Below, piece after piece: positions 31,935 through 32,000 of a stretch of 32,000 nucleotides of DNA. Within the stretch, counting starts at the first letter, position 1. Each line of letters starts with the position of its first letter. The stretch is from Aeropyrum pernix K1 (GTDB taxonomy: Archaea; Thermoproteota; Thermoprotei_A; Sulfolobales; Acidilobaceae), in assembly GCF_000011125.1 (NCBI RefSeq), contig NC_000854.2, positions 1 to 32,000 of the forward strand, read 5' to 3'. The notes beneath the pieces were generated by a model. That model worked only from the letters and a program-made list of their open reading frames with translations. It did no database searches and had not been told where the DNA came from. The translations under genes and the position numbers were made by a program.

Positions 31935-32000
31935 ACCTCCGGACCATTGTAAATGTTTTATCCAGTGTTTATCTTGGTTTCAACATATTTTGCTCCAAGG

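Overview
This is an archaeal chromosomal window, most consistent with a hyperthermophilic crenarchaeon (Desulfurococcales-like). The organism is not identified.

Evidence for archaeal origin:
- An archaeal-type class I aldolase sits next to a PfkB kinase.
- A TrmB-family regulator is present.
- Solute-binding proteins are membrane-anchored with Thr-rich linkers.
- A/T-rich TATA-like boxes lie about 20-30 nt upstream of start codons.
- Stop/start overlaps of 1-8 nt are frequent, and many starts are GTG or TTG.

Layout, part 1 (1 to about 8000), AT-rich and accessory-looking:
- a degenerate tRNA-like 3' fragment
- a CPBP protease / PadR / membrane-protein operon
- a 1.06-kb tract without long ORFs that hides an amber-interrupted 146-codon frame
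- a beta-propeller-like surface protein
- an orphan HMA metallochaperone
- an APC permease fused to a minimal nucleotidyltransferase domain

Layout, part 2 (8071-31934), GC-richer core metabolism and transport:
- a class I aldolase, a PfkB kinase and an IlvD-family dehydratase
- a minus-strand operon of an MDP-1-like HAD phosphatase, a sphingosine-1-phosphate-lyase-like PLP enzyme and an FGGY kinase
- a frame-split TrmB regulator, divergent from a frame-split rifampicin-phosphotransferase-like enzyme (ATP-grasp plus swivel-His domain, no PEP/pyruvate barrel) that is followed by a 14-TM MFS pump
- an ATP-type PEP carboxykinase
- a CUT1-type sugar ABC transporter
- pstSCAB-phoU
- a CcmE-like haem chaperone with the variant CxxxY motif

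I recognised no rRNA, intact tRNA, CRISPR array, transposase or integrase. All functional calls come from motif-level reading of the supplied translations; no database search was possible.

The best candidates for undescribed biology are:
- the FGGY kinase / SPL-like PLP enzyme / HAD phosphatase operon
- the TrmB / RPH-like phosphotransferase / MFS module
- the permease-nucleotidyltransferase fusion
- the CPBP-PadR-membrane operon in the low-GC block

Three apparent -1 frame breaks between 11.7 and 18.8 kb could be sequence errors rather than biology.
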